50,728 nucleotides of DNA, from the IMG/VR virus record IMGVR_UViG_3300032218_003147, positions 1-50,728 of that record. One strand, 5' to 3'. This document shows, one piece after another, positions 9,806 to 18,214 of this stretch. Origin of the DNA: a virus (Duplodnaviria > Caudoviricetes). The notes below the pieces were generated by a model. It was not told where the DNA came from. It saw nothing but the letters and a program-made list of their open reading frames with translations, and did not search any database. The position numbers were made by a program, and so were the translations under genes. The number at the start of each line of letters is the position of its first letter. Within the stretch, counting starts at the first letter, position 1.

Positions 9806-9932
9806 GGTTGTAGGTAACAATCTTAGGATGATATAGTTACATATACACACCTGAACTCAATAGAGTTTACGGAGTGACAGATCCAGCAAGTTACGTCACG
9901 TGCAAACTGGAAGTCGCAAGTTACCTACAACC
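9806..9932 (+). ncRNA. Unidentified ~127-nt structured RNA between two tRNAs
   Basis: Perfect 13-bp closing helix GGTTGTAGGTAAC/GTTACCTACAACC plus internal hairpins; abuts tRNA-CAT and tRNA-Gly. Confidence 0.6.
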
Positions 9933-9935
9933 CCT

Positions 9936-10009
9936 GCGGATGTTGCATATTGGTAGTGCCTCTGCCTTCCAAGCAGAAGGGGTCAGTTCGATTCTGATCA
10001 TCCGCTCCA
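9936..10009 (+). tRNA. tRNA-Gly(TCC)
   Basis: Acceptor GCGGATG/CATCCGC, TCTGC-CTTCCAA-GCAGA, encoded CCA. Confidence 0.92.
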
Positions 10010-10010
10010 A

Positions 10011-10093
10011 GGAAAAATGGCAGAGTGGTCTAATGCAATCGGTTGCTAACTGATCGTACGAAAGTACCGTAGGTTCGAATCCTACTTTTTCCG
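10011..10093 (+). tRNA. tRNA-Ser(GCT)
   Basis: Acceptor GGAAAAA/TTTTTCC, loop TTGCTAA, long variable arm GTAC-GAAA-GTAC. Confidence 0.92.
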
Positions 10094-10132
10094 CAAGAAT
10101 GGTATAATAAAATTGTACTTAGGGGGTATAAA

Positions 10133-10417
10133 ATGGCTTTATCACACTCATTAATAGCATTAAACGCATCAACAGCAACAATTATTACAGTTCCAGCTTC
10201 GCAAGAGCAAGCATATTCACAATCTTTAACAATTTCTGTTCAAAATACAGGATCGGTAAACGTATATCTTGGAGATAATACTGTTACTTCATCATCATAC
10301 GGATATATCTTGGTTCCAAATGCAGTTTTTACAGCAGATCTTTTGCCAAATGATGAAATTTATGCAATATCAGCAAGCTCAACACCAAGCGTTGCAGTAA
10401 TTAAGGTGCAACACTAA
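10133..10417 (+). CDS. Hypothetical beta-rich protein, possibly virion-associated
   Basis: Upstream TGGTATAAT and GGGGG RBS; ISVQNTG..VYLG..V....G pattern. Confidence 0.55.
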   Translation: MALSHSLIALNASTATIITVPASQEQAYSQSLTISVQNTGSVNVYLGDNTVTSSSYGYILVPNAVFTADLLPNDEIYAISASSTPSVAVIKVQH

Positions 10418-10866
10418 TGGCTAAAATTCAAGTTGATAATCCTGCTTCTGATCCAACACCTACTTCATATAACCCAGTTATTTCAAGTGCTGGCGGATTA
10501 ACTCAAATTGCTTTTACAGGAACTCCTGCAACAGGATCTTATATGAAACAGGGTAAATTAGTTCATTTTAGAATAAAAGTTTCTTACACAACATTCACAT
10601 CTTTTGGTTCTGGTAATGGTAATCAATATTATGTAACGCTTCCATTTGCTCCAGTAGAGGAATATGTATTTAGAAATGCTTTATATGAAAAATCTTCCAA
10701 CGGTAATCACTATGAATTATCAGTACATGCTGCTGCAAATTCAACCACTATGTCTTTATGGCATTCAGCAGGAGGCGGAAATGAAATTGCTATGAATCAT
10801 TCAGCTCCTGTATCACCATCTACTGCAGATTATTTTTATATTTCTGGAACATACGAGGGGGTATAA
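10417..10866 (+). CDS. Fibre-tip-like beta protein (putative structural)
   Basis: GSYMKQGKLVHF...TLPF...ISGTYE pattern typical of fibre head domains. Confidence 0.55.
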   Translation: MAKIQVDNPASDPTPTSYNPVISSAGGLTQIAFTGTPATGSYMKQGKLVHFRIKVSYTTFTSFGSGNGNQYYVTLPFAPVEEYVFRNALYEKSSNGNHYELSVHAAANSTTMSLWHSAGGGNEIAMNHSAPVSPSTADYFYISGTYEGV

Positions 10867-11591
10867 TGCCATACAAAATAATACAACACGGGGATAAATT
10901 TTCAGTAGTAGCCCAGAATACAGGACATGTTGCTGGAACTCATGAATCAAAAAAGAAAGCGAGGGCACAAATGGAAGCACTATATGCAAATGAACCAGAA
11001 GCAAATATAAATAAATGTATGACATGCGGATGCGATGATTTAGGAAATGATCATCACTATATTTCAGATACTGAAAAATGTGCATACTGTATTGATAAAG
11101 GTCAAGGACCATGTTGGGAAGGTTATGAATATGCTGGTACCAAAGATAAAAATGGTAAAACAGTTCCTAACTGTATTCCCGTCAAAAAAGAATCAGCAGG
11201 CGCAGAAAGATTATCTGGTGGTCCAGGATTTAAGTTAGAATATAATGTGCCAGATTGTCTTGGTGGATATGCAGTAACAAAAGCGGGATCTGGACAAGTA
11301 ATTGGTTGTTATACAACAAAAGAACATGCACAAGAAGCAATGAGAGCTATAGCAGTAAATGAACCAGATTTAACTAAATCTGATACAGTTTCAGATAGTA
11401 TGTCTCAAAAACCATCAGATGATGGTGATGATGAAATGAATTTTTGGACAGGATCATTTTCCCCATTTGTTCATAGAGCAGTAAAAGGTGAGCCAATGGC
11501 TCCAGTTTATAATACACCCCCTCAGAAAGATGGGCAGCCGTCAGTTGGATACGGAAATTCGTCAAGCCCAAAAGGTAAATCAAACTCATAA
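10866..11591 (+). CDS. Hypothetical modular protein (possible internal head protein)
   Basis: Two ~42-aa repeats ending in NEP, and a PCWEGY..G.K.K.GK.VPNC module. Confidence 0.55.
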   Translation: MPYKIIQHGDKFSVVAQNTGHVAGTHESKKKARAQMEALYANEPEANINKCMTCGCDDLGNDHHYISDTEKCAYCIDKGQGPCWEGYEYAGTKDKNGKTVPNCIPVKKESAGAERLSGGPGFKLEYNVPDCLGGYAVTKAGSGQVIGCYTTKEHAQEAMRAIAVNEPDLTKSDTVSDSMSQKPSDDGDDEMNFWTGSFSPFVHRAVKGEPMAPVYNTPPQKDGQPSVGYGNSSSPKGKSNS

Positions 11592-11669
11592 AATATGATA
11601 TAATATATATACAGGATGCCGTAAGGGTTCTGAATCTAAATTAACTTGCTGAAAAGGAGCTAAGTAAAA

Positions 11670-12104
11670 ATGACACAATTAAAATATATTGATCCGTTTA
11701 CACAAATTCAAACTATTTTCAATGACCCGTTCTTTCTAGGGTTTAATGATCAATTTGTGAGATGGGAATCAAATAAAAAGACAGCATCTTCATTCCCACC
11801 ATACAATGTCAAGAAGGTTGATGAAGATAATTACATCATTGATCTTGCCGTTGCGGGATATGATCGTGACGAATTAGAAATTAAAGTAGAAAAAGATACT
11901 TTAACAATTAAAAGTAATAAAGAGGGCGATGATAAATCGGACTTCTTGCATCGTGGAATTGCTGGGCGTAATTTTACCCAACATTTTACATTGGGCGAAT
12001 ACATGGTTGTTAAGTCTGCTTCACTTGCAAATGGAATGCTTTCAATTCAAATTGAACGAGAGCTTCCAGAAGAAGCTAAGCCTAAAACTATTAAAATAAA
12101 ATAG
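11670..12104 (+). CDS. Small heat-shock protein (Hsp20/IbpA)
   Basis: FPPYN, LAVAG, FLHRGIAGRNF, A.L.NGMLSI, PEE.KPK.I.I. Confidence 0.95.
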   Translation: MTQLKYIDPFTQIQTIFNDPFFLGFNDQFVRWESNKKTASSFPPYNVKKVDEDNYIIDLAVAGYDRDELEIKVEKDTLTIKSNKEGDDKSDFLHRGIAGRNFTQHFTLGEYMVVKSASLANGMLSIQIERELPEEAKPKTIKIK

Positions 12105-12151
12105 TGATATAATTGAATTCTGCATCCCTTCATCGGGAAGTCGCAGATTGT

Positions 12152-12180
12152 GACCTGAGTATGTCCATGTAAACTGCTCA
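12152..12180 (+). ncRNA. H-type pseudoknot motif, copy 1
   Basis: GAC-C-TGAGTA-T-GTC-catgtaaac-TGCTCA. Confidence 0.6.
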
Positions 12181-12198
12181 CCAATTATAAGGAGAAAT

Positions 12199-12342
12199 AT
12201 GTCAAAGCATCTTGATAAGATTGCAAAAGCACTGGCTCAGCGTCAGGCAGCAACACCAGGCGGAGCGGGATTTAAAAAGCCTGGATCTATGAATAAAAAG
12301 AAAACTGGCTATAGAGGAATTAAGGCAAATAACGCAAGATAA
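12199..12342 (+). CDS. Small basic protein (47 aa, not in ORF track)
   Basis: AAGGAG RBS; MSKHLDKIAKALAQRQAATPGGAGFKKPGSMNKKKTGYRGIKANNAR. Confidence 0.7.
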   Translation: MSKHLDKIAKALAQRQAATPGGAGFKKPGSMNKKKTGYRGIKANNAR

Positions 12343-12357
12343 TGTATAATAGGTTAT

Positions 12358-12639
12358 ATGTGGAAAAATATAGCAACCTATTTTAGATTAAATCCAGCAA
12401 GAATGTCGGCCTACATATCATGTATAGTCATGTATTTAAACAAGCACGATACAAATATTCCTATTGATATTGTTATACCTTCTGTTTTAATCATTATAGG
12501 CTCGGGTGAATTTGCACAAAGAGCGGAAAACAAAAAAACTATAAATGCATTATATTCAGATAATCCAATAGATATGCCTGACCATGAAATTATACATGAA
12601 ATATGCTATACTAATAATGAATACAAGGAGAAAAAATGA
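12358..12639 (+). CDS. Small membrane protein (holin-like?)
   Basis: Two hydrophobic segments; TATAAT 7 nt upstream of the ATG. Confidence 0.45.
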   Translation: MWKNIATYFRLNPARMSAYISCIVMYLNKHDTNIPIDIVIPSVLIIIGSGEFAQRAENKKTINALYSDNPIDMPDHEIIHEICYTNNEYKEKK

Positions 12640-13088
12640 TGGAAGATTTGATTAAAATTTTAAAAGAATTACAAGCAGATTCTATGCAAATGTATGCACA
12701 AGCACACGGGTACCATTGGAATGTAGAAGGTCGTATGTTTAAGCAAGATCATGCATTTTTGTTAGAAATTTATGAAGATGTGTTTGATTCTGTTGATCCA
12801 TTTGCAGAAAATATTAGAAAGCTTGGAGCAAAAGCACCATTTGGCTTAGTACAATTAAATAATAATAGTGATATTGATATTAATGATTCTCTTGAATTAA
12901 GTGCTACACAAATGTTTCTTGAATTAATGAAAACAAATAATCATATAATTGATAAATTGAAAACTGCAGGAGAAATTGCAAGTAATTCCCGTGAGGAATC
13001 TATTGCCAACTTTATAGCAGACAGATTAGATAAACATGAATTCTGGAATTGGCAGTTGACTTCTACAATTAAAACTACTATAATGTAA
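12636..13088 (+). CDS. dps: Dps/ferritin-like starvation DNA-protection protein
   Basis: HGYHWNVEG..F...H...E.Y, D..AE.IR.LG, K..W.L. Confidence 0.9.
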   Translation: MMEDLIKILKELQADSMQMYAQAHGYHWNVEGRMFKQDHAFLLEIYEDVFDSVDPFAENIRKLGAKAPFGLVQLNNNSDIDINDSLELSATQMFLELMKTNNHIIDKLKTAGEIASNSREESIANFIADRLDKHEFWNWQLTSTIKTTIM

Positions 13089-13142
13089 ATTACAAACAAA
13101 AATTATACACAAAAGGTTCCAGAAATGGAGCCTTTTGTATTT

Positions 13143-13211
13143 GTCTCTATAGCTCAGCTGGGCAGACTTTTAATCTGCGGGTCGTTGGTTCAAGCCCAAC
13201 TGGAGACACCA
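13143..13211 (+). tRNA. tRNA-Lys(TTT) lacking the 3' strand of the D-arm (possible pseudo-tRNA)
   Basis: Acceptor, anticodon arm (GCAGA-CTTTTAA-TCTGC), T-arm and CCA are intact, but GCTCAGCTGG joins directly to the anticodon stem. Confidence 0.75.
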
Positions 13212-13212
13212 A

Positions 13213-13284
13213 GGCACTATCGTCTATTGGTTAGGATTTCGGGCTTTCATCTCGAAGGACAGGGTTCAATTCCCTGTAGTGCTA
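13213..13284 (+). tRNA. tRNA-Glu(TTC)
   Basis: Acceptor GGCACTA/TAGTGCT, loop CTTTCAT, CAGGG-TTCAATT-CCCTG. Confidence 0.88.
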
Positions 13285-13288
13285 CTAA

Positions 13289-13360
13289 TTTCAGTTCGTC
13301 CAATTGGCAGGACATTAGATTTTGGATCTAAGAATCATGGTTCGAGTCCATGACTGAAAG
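13289..13360 (+). tRNA. tRNA-Gln(TTG)
   Basis: Acceptor TTTCAGT/ACTGAAA, TTAGA-TTTTGGA-TCTAA, CATGG-TTCGAGT-CCATG. Confidence 0.88.
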
Positions 13361-13364
13361 CTAA

Positions 13365-13437
13365 GCCTCTGTAGTTCAGTGGAAAGAACAATGGACTTCT
13401 AAGCCATGTGTCGCAAGTTCGATTCTTGCCAGGGGTA
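13365..13437 (+). tRNA. tRNA-Arg(TCT)
   Basis: Acceptor GCCTCTG/CAGGGGT, loop CTTCTAA, GCAAG-TTCGATT-CTTGC. Confidence 0.88.
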
Positions 13438-13489
13438 CTGTATAATAATAATGAGGAAATGTTTAGCCCTTATTAATGGAAGGATGAAT

Positions 13490-13852
13490 ATGTACGAAGA
13501 TGATGAATTTGACGAAGACGAATTTGACAATGAAGATACATTAGCATCCGAACAAGTAATGGGATACTTAATACAGGTAGGTGCTGCAAGTTGGGACGGG
13601 ATGGATGATTTTGGTGAAAGAATCTTTAAATTCAATATGCCTTTATTGCAAGAAATAATGCCAGAACTGTATGATCAAATAATGGAAGATATAGATGAAG
13701 TTATGCTAGAATTGTACGAAAAAGACTTAGTACAAGTTGAATATAATGAGGATCTAGAAGCAAAGTTTATTATATCCGAAGAGGGTAGAAAAGAACTTGC
13801 AAAATATGGATTTGACTATTTTTATTCTAATGATGAAAATTCAGAAGAATAG
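13490..13852 (+). CDS. Acidic hypothetical protein
   Basis: Start moved to the ATG after a GGAAGG RBS; the longer ORF overlaps a tRNA. Confidence 0.6.
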   Translation: MYEDDEFDEDEFDNEDTLASEQVMGYLIQVGAASWDGMDDFGERIFKFNMPLLQEIMPELYDQIMEDIDEVMLELYEKDLVQVEYNEDLEAKFIISEEGRKELAKYGFDYFYSNDENSEE

Positions 13853-13899
13853 GGTATAATGGTCTTAGTTTTAAAAACTAATAAGGTGGTGATTAATAT

Positions 13900-14136
13900 A
13901 TGGATAACAATCAGCAAGTAGCAGGCAGTGGTACAGAACAACCAGCTTCATCAACTCCAGTAACGGAGCAAGCAGCACCAGATGCAGCAATTAAATCTCC
14001 TACTGTAACAAACTTGGGAGTACATAACCCTAGCAACGCTAGCGTTGGGTCTCCTTTTACTGGTAAGGATGTTTCAATGACAACCCCTCAGTATGCAGGT
14101 GGAAACATTACAACAACCGAAGCAGGTTCAAAGTAA
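13900..14136 (+). CDS. Low-complexity hypothetical protein
   Basis: GGGTATAAT promoter and AAGGTGG RBS. Confidence 0.6.
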   Translation: MDNNQQVAGSGTEQPASSTPVTEQAAPDAAIKSPTVTNLGVHNPSNASVGSPFTGKDVSMTTPQYAGGNITTTEAGSK

Positions 14137-14762
14137 TGGAAGCAACAAGCACTAAAAAATTTTTTGATGATGTAAAAGATTTAATTAAAGCAATTGGAAC
14201 AACTTCTTCATCAAATCAACCAGCGGATGAAAGATCCGTTGAAAACTATGTTAGGGGAAATTCTAACACTAATACAAATTCTCAGATAGGAGGTAATATA
14301 GTGTCAAATACAACAGAGCCAGATCCAAAGGGTGATATTGCAGTAACAAAAGTAATTGGTAGTGCAACAAATCCAAATGGAGATATTTCAGTTTCAGATG
14401 CACCAAATGGTGATTCAGCAGTAGTGCCAGATCAAGTAACAATGCCAAGTGATGCAACTTCAGCAATTGCTCCATCAAAAACAGATGAAGTAAATACACC
14501 TGACAAGGTAACAATTGCAAAGGGAGAAAAGTGTCCAACATGCGGTTCAATCGCAAAGGGAGATGATACAGATTCAGATGATGCAATTGAAAAATCTGAA
14601 AATTGTGCAGACTGCGGTAAAGCGATGAATCTTTGCAATTGCATGGGTAAGTCAGTTGATGAAGCAGAATCTAAAGAAGAAGCTGCCAAAGAAACACCAG
14701 CAGATGAAAAAGCAGAAATGAAAAAATCACTTTGGGGTGGAGCTTTCGCACCACGCAAGTAA
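14136..14762 (+). CDS. Disordered hypothetical protein (possible internal head protein)
   Basis: Coupled start; small Cys modules; C-terminal LWGGAFAP. Confidence 0.6.
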   Translation: MEATSTKKFFDDVKDLIKAIGTTSSSNQPADERSVENYVRGNSNTNTNSQIGGNIVSNTTEPDPKGDIAVTKVIGSATNPNGDISVSDAPNGDSAVVPDQVTMPSDATSAIAPSKTDEVNTPDKVTIAKGEKCPTCGSIAKGDDTDSDDAIEKSENCADCGKAMNLCNCMGKSVDEAESKEEAAKETPADEKAEMKKSLWGGAFAPRK

Positions 14763-14783
14763 TTAAATATATACGTATATATA

Positions 14784-14818
14784 CACATAAGGACGGGAAA
14801 CCGTTCTTATGTGTTTTT
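14784..14818 (+). terminator. Intrinsic terminator
   Basis: CACATAAGGACGG-GAAA-CCGTTCTTATGTG followed by TTTTT. Confidence 0.7.
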
Positions 14819-14832
14819 AGAAAGGAAACACA

Positions 14833-15201
14833 ATGAGAGTATTAGTCTTTGGAAGTAAAGAATGGAAAGACTATAATGAGTTAATTAGACAGCTTACTGT
14901 ATTGATTGATGATAGAAAACATTTCTATCCTGATGATAAAGAGTATACTTTTTTGCATACTGGGCTAAAAGGTGCAGAAAGTATGGTTGTTGAGTATGTG
15001 GGGCAAACTGAAAGATACTTGCGTCAAAAAGGCTATAAGATTAAAGAGGAATGGATCAGAGATAAATCTTCATTTATAGATGTATCTTTAATTGAATCTA
15101 ATCCCGACTTTATTTTAATATTTGGTGATTGCTATAGGAACAGGCAGATTTTAAAAATTCTTGAAGCTCTTGAAACACCCCATCGTTACATTAAAGATTA
15201 G
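14833..15201 (+). CDS. SLOG/YspA-like nucleotide-binding protein
   Basis: MRVLVFGSKEWKDY...HTG..GAE pattern. Confidence 0.55.
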   Translation: MRVLVFGSKEWKDYNELIRQLTVLIDDRKHFYPDDKEYTFLHTGLKGAESMVVEYVGQTERYLRQKGYKIKEEWIRDKSSFIDVSLIESNPDFILIFGDCYRNRQILKILEALETPHRYIKD

Positions 15202-15211
15202 TCAATTTTGC

Positions 15212-15240
15212 TTGACGAACTTGAACGTAAATGGTACAAT
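15212..15240 (+). promoter_or_regulatory. Canonical sigma-A promoter
   Basis: TTGACG-N17-TACAAT with extended TG. Confidence 0.7.
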
Positions 15241-15273
15241 TATATATATAAGCCCTACTAACAAAGGAAAAGA

Positions 15274-15576
15274 ATGACAAGTATTAAACCGCTAGGTAGT
15301 TTAGTTTTAATTAAAGCAATTACAGTAGATGAAAAAACAACTAAATCTGGTTTAGTTATTGCTGCAACTGCTGTTGATTTTGGATTAAAGCGTGGAACAA
15401 TTGTTGAAGTTGGTCCAGGAGATAATGACAATGCAGGTAATCATTATGATATCCCTTTACAAAAAGATGATATTGTAATATACTCAGAAAATAATGCAAC
15501 AGAAATTGAAGATAAAAATGGAGAAAAATATTACTTCATTAATTGGCGAACACTACTAGGAACGGAAAATAAATAA
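15274..15576 (+). CDS. groES: Co-chaperonin GroES
   Basis: IKPLG..VLI, TKSGLVI mobile loop, G.IVEVGPG. Confidence 0.9.
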   Translation: MTSIKPLGSLVLIKAITVDEKTTKSGLVIAATAVDFGLKRGTIVEVGPGDNDNAGNHYDIPLQKDDIVIYSENNATEIEDKNGEKYYFINWRTLLGTENK

Positions 15577-15806
15577 TGTCTAAAATTGTATTAAATTATG
15601 AGCAAGCACACAAGTTTGTTGAAAAAAATAAAAAGAATGGTTTCTTTTGGAATGGTTATACCATTGTTAAGTGGACTCCAGGATCCAATGGATATATGCA
15701 AAAAAACGGAATGTTTCTTAATAATCAATGGGGTTATTCTTCAAGATATGAAGTAGACAAATCTGGCATGTGGGAGCTAAGCGATAAATATGCCAAGTTT
15801 ATTTGA
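15576..15806 (+). CDS. Hypothetical protein
   Basis: Coupled ORF. Confidence 0.6.
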   Translation: MSKIVLNYEQAHKFVEKNKKNGFFWNGYTIVKWTPGSNGYMQKNGMFLNNQWGYSSRYEVDKSGMWELSDKYAKFI

Positions 15807-16116
15807 AAAATTAGGAATTGATGTAGAGCATTTAGAATGGTATCACCTTTCTGCTTGTAATAATATGCCTATCAATTGGTTCTACGATGATTATGAATCA
15901 GATAAAGAAGTTGCAAAACAAATTGATCAAGTTTGTTTGCATTGCCCAGTAGTTAAACAATGTCATGCTGAAGGTGTTGCTAACAAAGAAAAAGGCGTTT
16001 GGGGTGGTATTTATATGGACCTTGGACGAGTAGATAAACAGTATAATGTTCATAAAGAACCTGAAATTTGGAAAGAGTTAAAAAAACTTCATGGCAAAAA
16101 TATCATACACACTTGA
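15790..16116 (+). CDS. whiB: WhiB-family Fe-S transcription factor
   Basis: W...SAC...C..CPV...C...GVWGG (four Cys plus the G[V/I]WGG turn). Confidence 0.9.
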   Translation: MPSLFEKLGIDVEHLEWYHLSACNNMPINWFYDDYESDKEVAKQIDQVCLHCPVVKQCHAEGVANKEKGVWGGIYMDLGRVDKQYNVHKEPEIWKELKKLHGKNIIHT

Positions 16117-16351
16117 GATGGCTAAAAAAATACGGGAAATTAAAGTTCCCGTAAAACATTTTAAGATGGATATTAGAGCAAGACCTAACTATCTTGCTAT
16201 AACTGTGTTTGAAGATAATATAATGGAGTATAACGAAAGCCAAAGAATGCAGATCATGGAATATTTGTTGTTAGTAAGAAGCTTAATAATTTCTTATGGA
16301 ACTCCATGTGAATTAGAAGGAGTAAAAGAAAATAATGACTCAAAAAAATAA
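16091..16351 (+). CDS. Hypothetical protein
   Basis: Overlapping ORF in an operon. Confidence 0.6.
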   Translation: MAKISYTLEMAKKIREIKVPVKHFKMDIRARPNYLAITVFEDNIMEYNESQRMQIMEYLLLVRSLIISYGTPCELEGVKENNDSKK

Positions 16352-16559
16352 TAATTTTCATGAAAAAACAATAACTTATGTCTATGTACCAGACGAAGGT
16401 ATATATGGGACAATAGTTAGTCAAGGTGTATGGTCATCAATGATTGAATATTTTGATGGTGGATTTAAATATATAGAGGAATTTGTTAATGATGAGTTTA
16501 TTGTAGTTGATGAAATTGGTATTGGATATATATATGAGGATAAGGATGATAATTTATAA
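16335..16559 (+). CDS. Hypothetical protein
   Basis: Overlapping ORF in an operon. Confidence 0.55.
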   Translation: MTQKNNNFHEKTITYVYVPDEGIYGTIVSQGVWSSMIEYFDGGFKYIEEFVNDEFIVVDEIGIGYIYEDKDDNL

Positions 16560-16789
16560 TGCTGTGTTTTAGTTGTGGGAAATCAAAAAAAGAGCTTTTG
16601 CCCAAAAAATCAGATATAATTAATGGAGTAACGCTTTTAATGTGTCAATTATGCATAGAATCTAAGTTTGAACCTAGGTGGACTGTCATACTTGGCGGAA
16701 GACAGAATGGTGCTGAATCCGTAAGAGATTATATTATAAAGCGTCGTTATATGGGTAGAGACATATCTGCAGAAGAATTAATTGCTTAA
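16559..16789 (+). CDS. C4 zinc-finger protein
   Basis: CFSCGK...CQLC. Confidence 0.6.
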   Translation: MLCFSCGKSKKELLPKKSDIINGVTLLMCQLCIESKFEPRWTVILGGRQNGAESVRDYIIKRRYMGRDISAEELIA

Positions 16790-16798
16790 GGGGACAAT

Positions 16799-17107
16799 AT
16801 GTTAAAGATAACAAATGATATGGAAGAAATAATTAATCAAGATAACGCTGTAGTTGCATTTACTGCATCTTGGTGTCAACCATGCAAAGCTTTAAAACCA
16901 CATTTTGCAAAGGCTGCGGTGGCAGACCAAGAAACACCATATTATGTTGTAGATGTAGATGAGATTGATGCTATGTATTTAAAAACTTATAGTATTCAAA
17001 GCATACCTCAAGTATTTAAAATGAATCATGGAGTAGTTGAAAAAAGAATATCGGGAAGAACTTCCAATGACATATTAAATGAACTTGGCAAAAATTATGC
17101 AGCATAA
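16799..17107 (+). CDS. trxA: Thioredoxin
   Basis: FTASWCQPCK, VDVD, IQSIP. Confidence 0.9.
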   Translation: MLKITNDMEEIINQDNAVVAFTASWCQPCKALKPHFAKAAVADQETPYYVVDVDEIDAMYLKTYSIQSIPQVFKMNHGVVEKRISGRTSNDILNELGKNYAA

Positions 17108-17600
17108 AAAGTTATTTTTTATATTATTAATTATATTGACATTAATTGGATATAATTCTTATGCAGTTGCAAGTAATGATTGGAAATTGCCAATTAAAAA
17201 ATATACGCCAGGATCTATAAATCCAGAGGTTAATCAGAATAATATAAGCACTACTATTTGTAAATCGGGTTGGACAGCTAAAATTAGACCATCATCATCT
17301 TACACTACTAAATTAAAAGTAGATCAATTAAAAACTAATTATAAATCATTTGCTAAAATATGGGGTATGTCAACCTCATCGTATGAAGAGGATCACCTCA
17401 TATCCTTAGAATTAGGTGGAAATCCAACAGATCCTAAAAACCTATTCCCTCAGCCATATTTAGGCCAAAATGCCTATAAAAAGGACATTATAGAAAATAA
17501 GTTGAAAAAGATGGTATGTTCTGGTACAATTAGACTTAGTGATGCACAAAAAGCTATTGCTTCAAATTGGGTTAAAGCCTATAATCAATATATAAACTAG
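17097..17600 (+). CDS. Exported HNH-like nuclease-domain protein
   Basis: N-terminal signal/TM segment; EEDHLISLELGG...NLFPQ...KD..EN. Confidence 0.7.
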   Translation: MQHKKLFFILLIILTLIGYNSYAVASNDWKLPIKKYTPGSINPEVNQNNISTTICKSGWTAKIRPSSSYTTKLKVDQLKTNYKSFAKIWGMSTSSYEEDHLISLELGGNPTDPKNLFPQPYLGQNAYKKDIIENKLKKMVCSGTIRLSDAQKAIASNWVKAYNQYIN

Positions 17601-17615
17601 TAGTGAAAGGCTGTA

Positions 17616-18152
17616 ATGACAACAATAGTAGCAGTGTGTAAGAACGGAATAGTAACAATGGGTGCTGACTCTCAGGTTACTGATGACGATAGAATAAATA
17701 ATGATTTAAGAATGGAAAAAATAACCAAAAATAATGGTTATTTAATTGCAGGTGCAGGAGATGCTACTCCATGTGATATACTACAACATATTTTTGTTCC
17801 ACCAGTTCCAACTGTAACTGAAAGAAAAAATCTTTACAAGTTTATGATTACTAAATTTGTTCCAGCAATGCGTGAATGTCTTGATGAAAATGGATGGAAG
17901 CCAGTTCATGGTGATGATTCGGGTTTCAATATGCTTATAGCTTTTGATGGAGAAATATTTGACATAGGTGATGACTTTAGTGTATTATTGAATAATAAAG
18001 GCATATATGGAATTGGAAATGGCTCTAAGTATGCAATCGGTGCCCTGTATGCAGGAGCACCCGTAGAAAAAGCATTAGAAATTGCTTCTGAAAATGACAT
18101 ATATACATCTGGTCCATTTCAAATTGCACAACAAAGAAAAACAATTAAATAA
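17616..18152 (+). CDS. HslV/proteasome beta-subunit-like Ntn hydrolase
   Basis: N-terminal MTT (Thr nucleophile), ADSQ, K, AG, GIGNGS.YA.GAL. Confidence 0.85.
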   Translation: MTTIVAVCKNGIVTMGADSQVTDDDRINNDLRMEKITKNNGYLIAGAGDATPCDILQHIFVPPVPTVTERKNLYKFMITKFVPAMRECLDENGWKPVHGDDSGFNMLIAFDGEIFDIGDDFSVLLNNKGIYGIGNGSKYAIGALYAGAPVEKALEIASENDIYTSGPFQIAQQRKTIK

Positions 18153-18214
18153 AATTGGTTGCAAAATTTGCAATCCATTATCCTGATCAGGGATACTAAC
18201 TAGATAGGAAATAA

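Noticed and set aside
9806-9932. tmRNA or theta/HDV-like ribozyme
   Set aside because: Too short for tmRNA, with no tRNA-like domain or tag ORF; I could not fit the nested double pseudoknot of HDV-like ribozymes by eye.
13125-13331. 68-aa ORF (also 9314-9640 on the minus strand)
   Set aside because: Overlaps tRNA genes; spurious.
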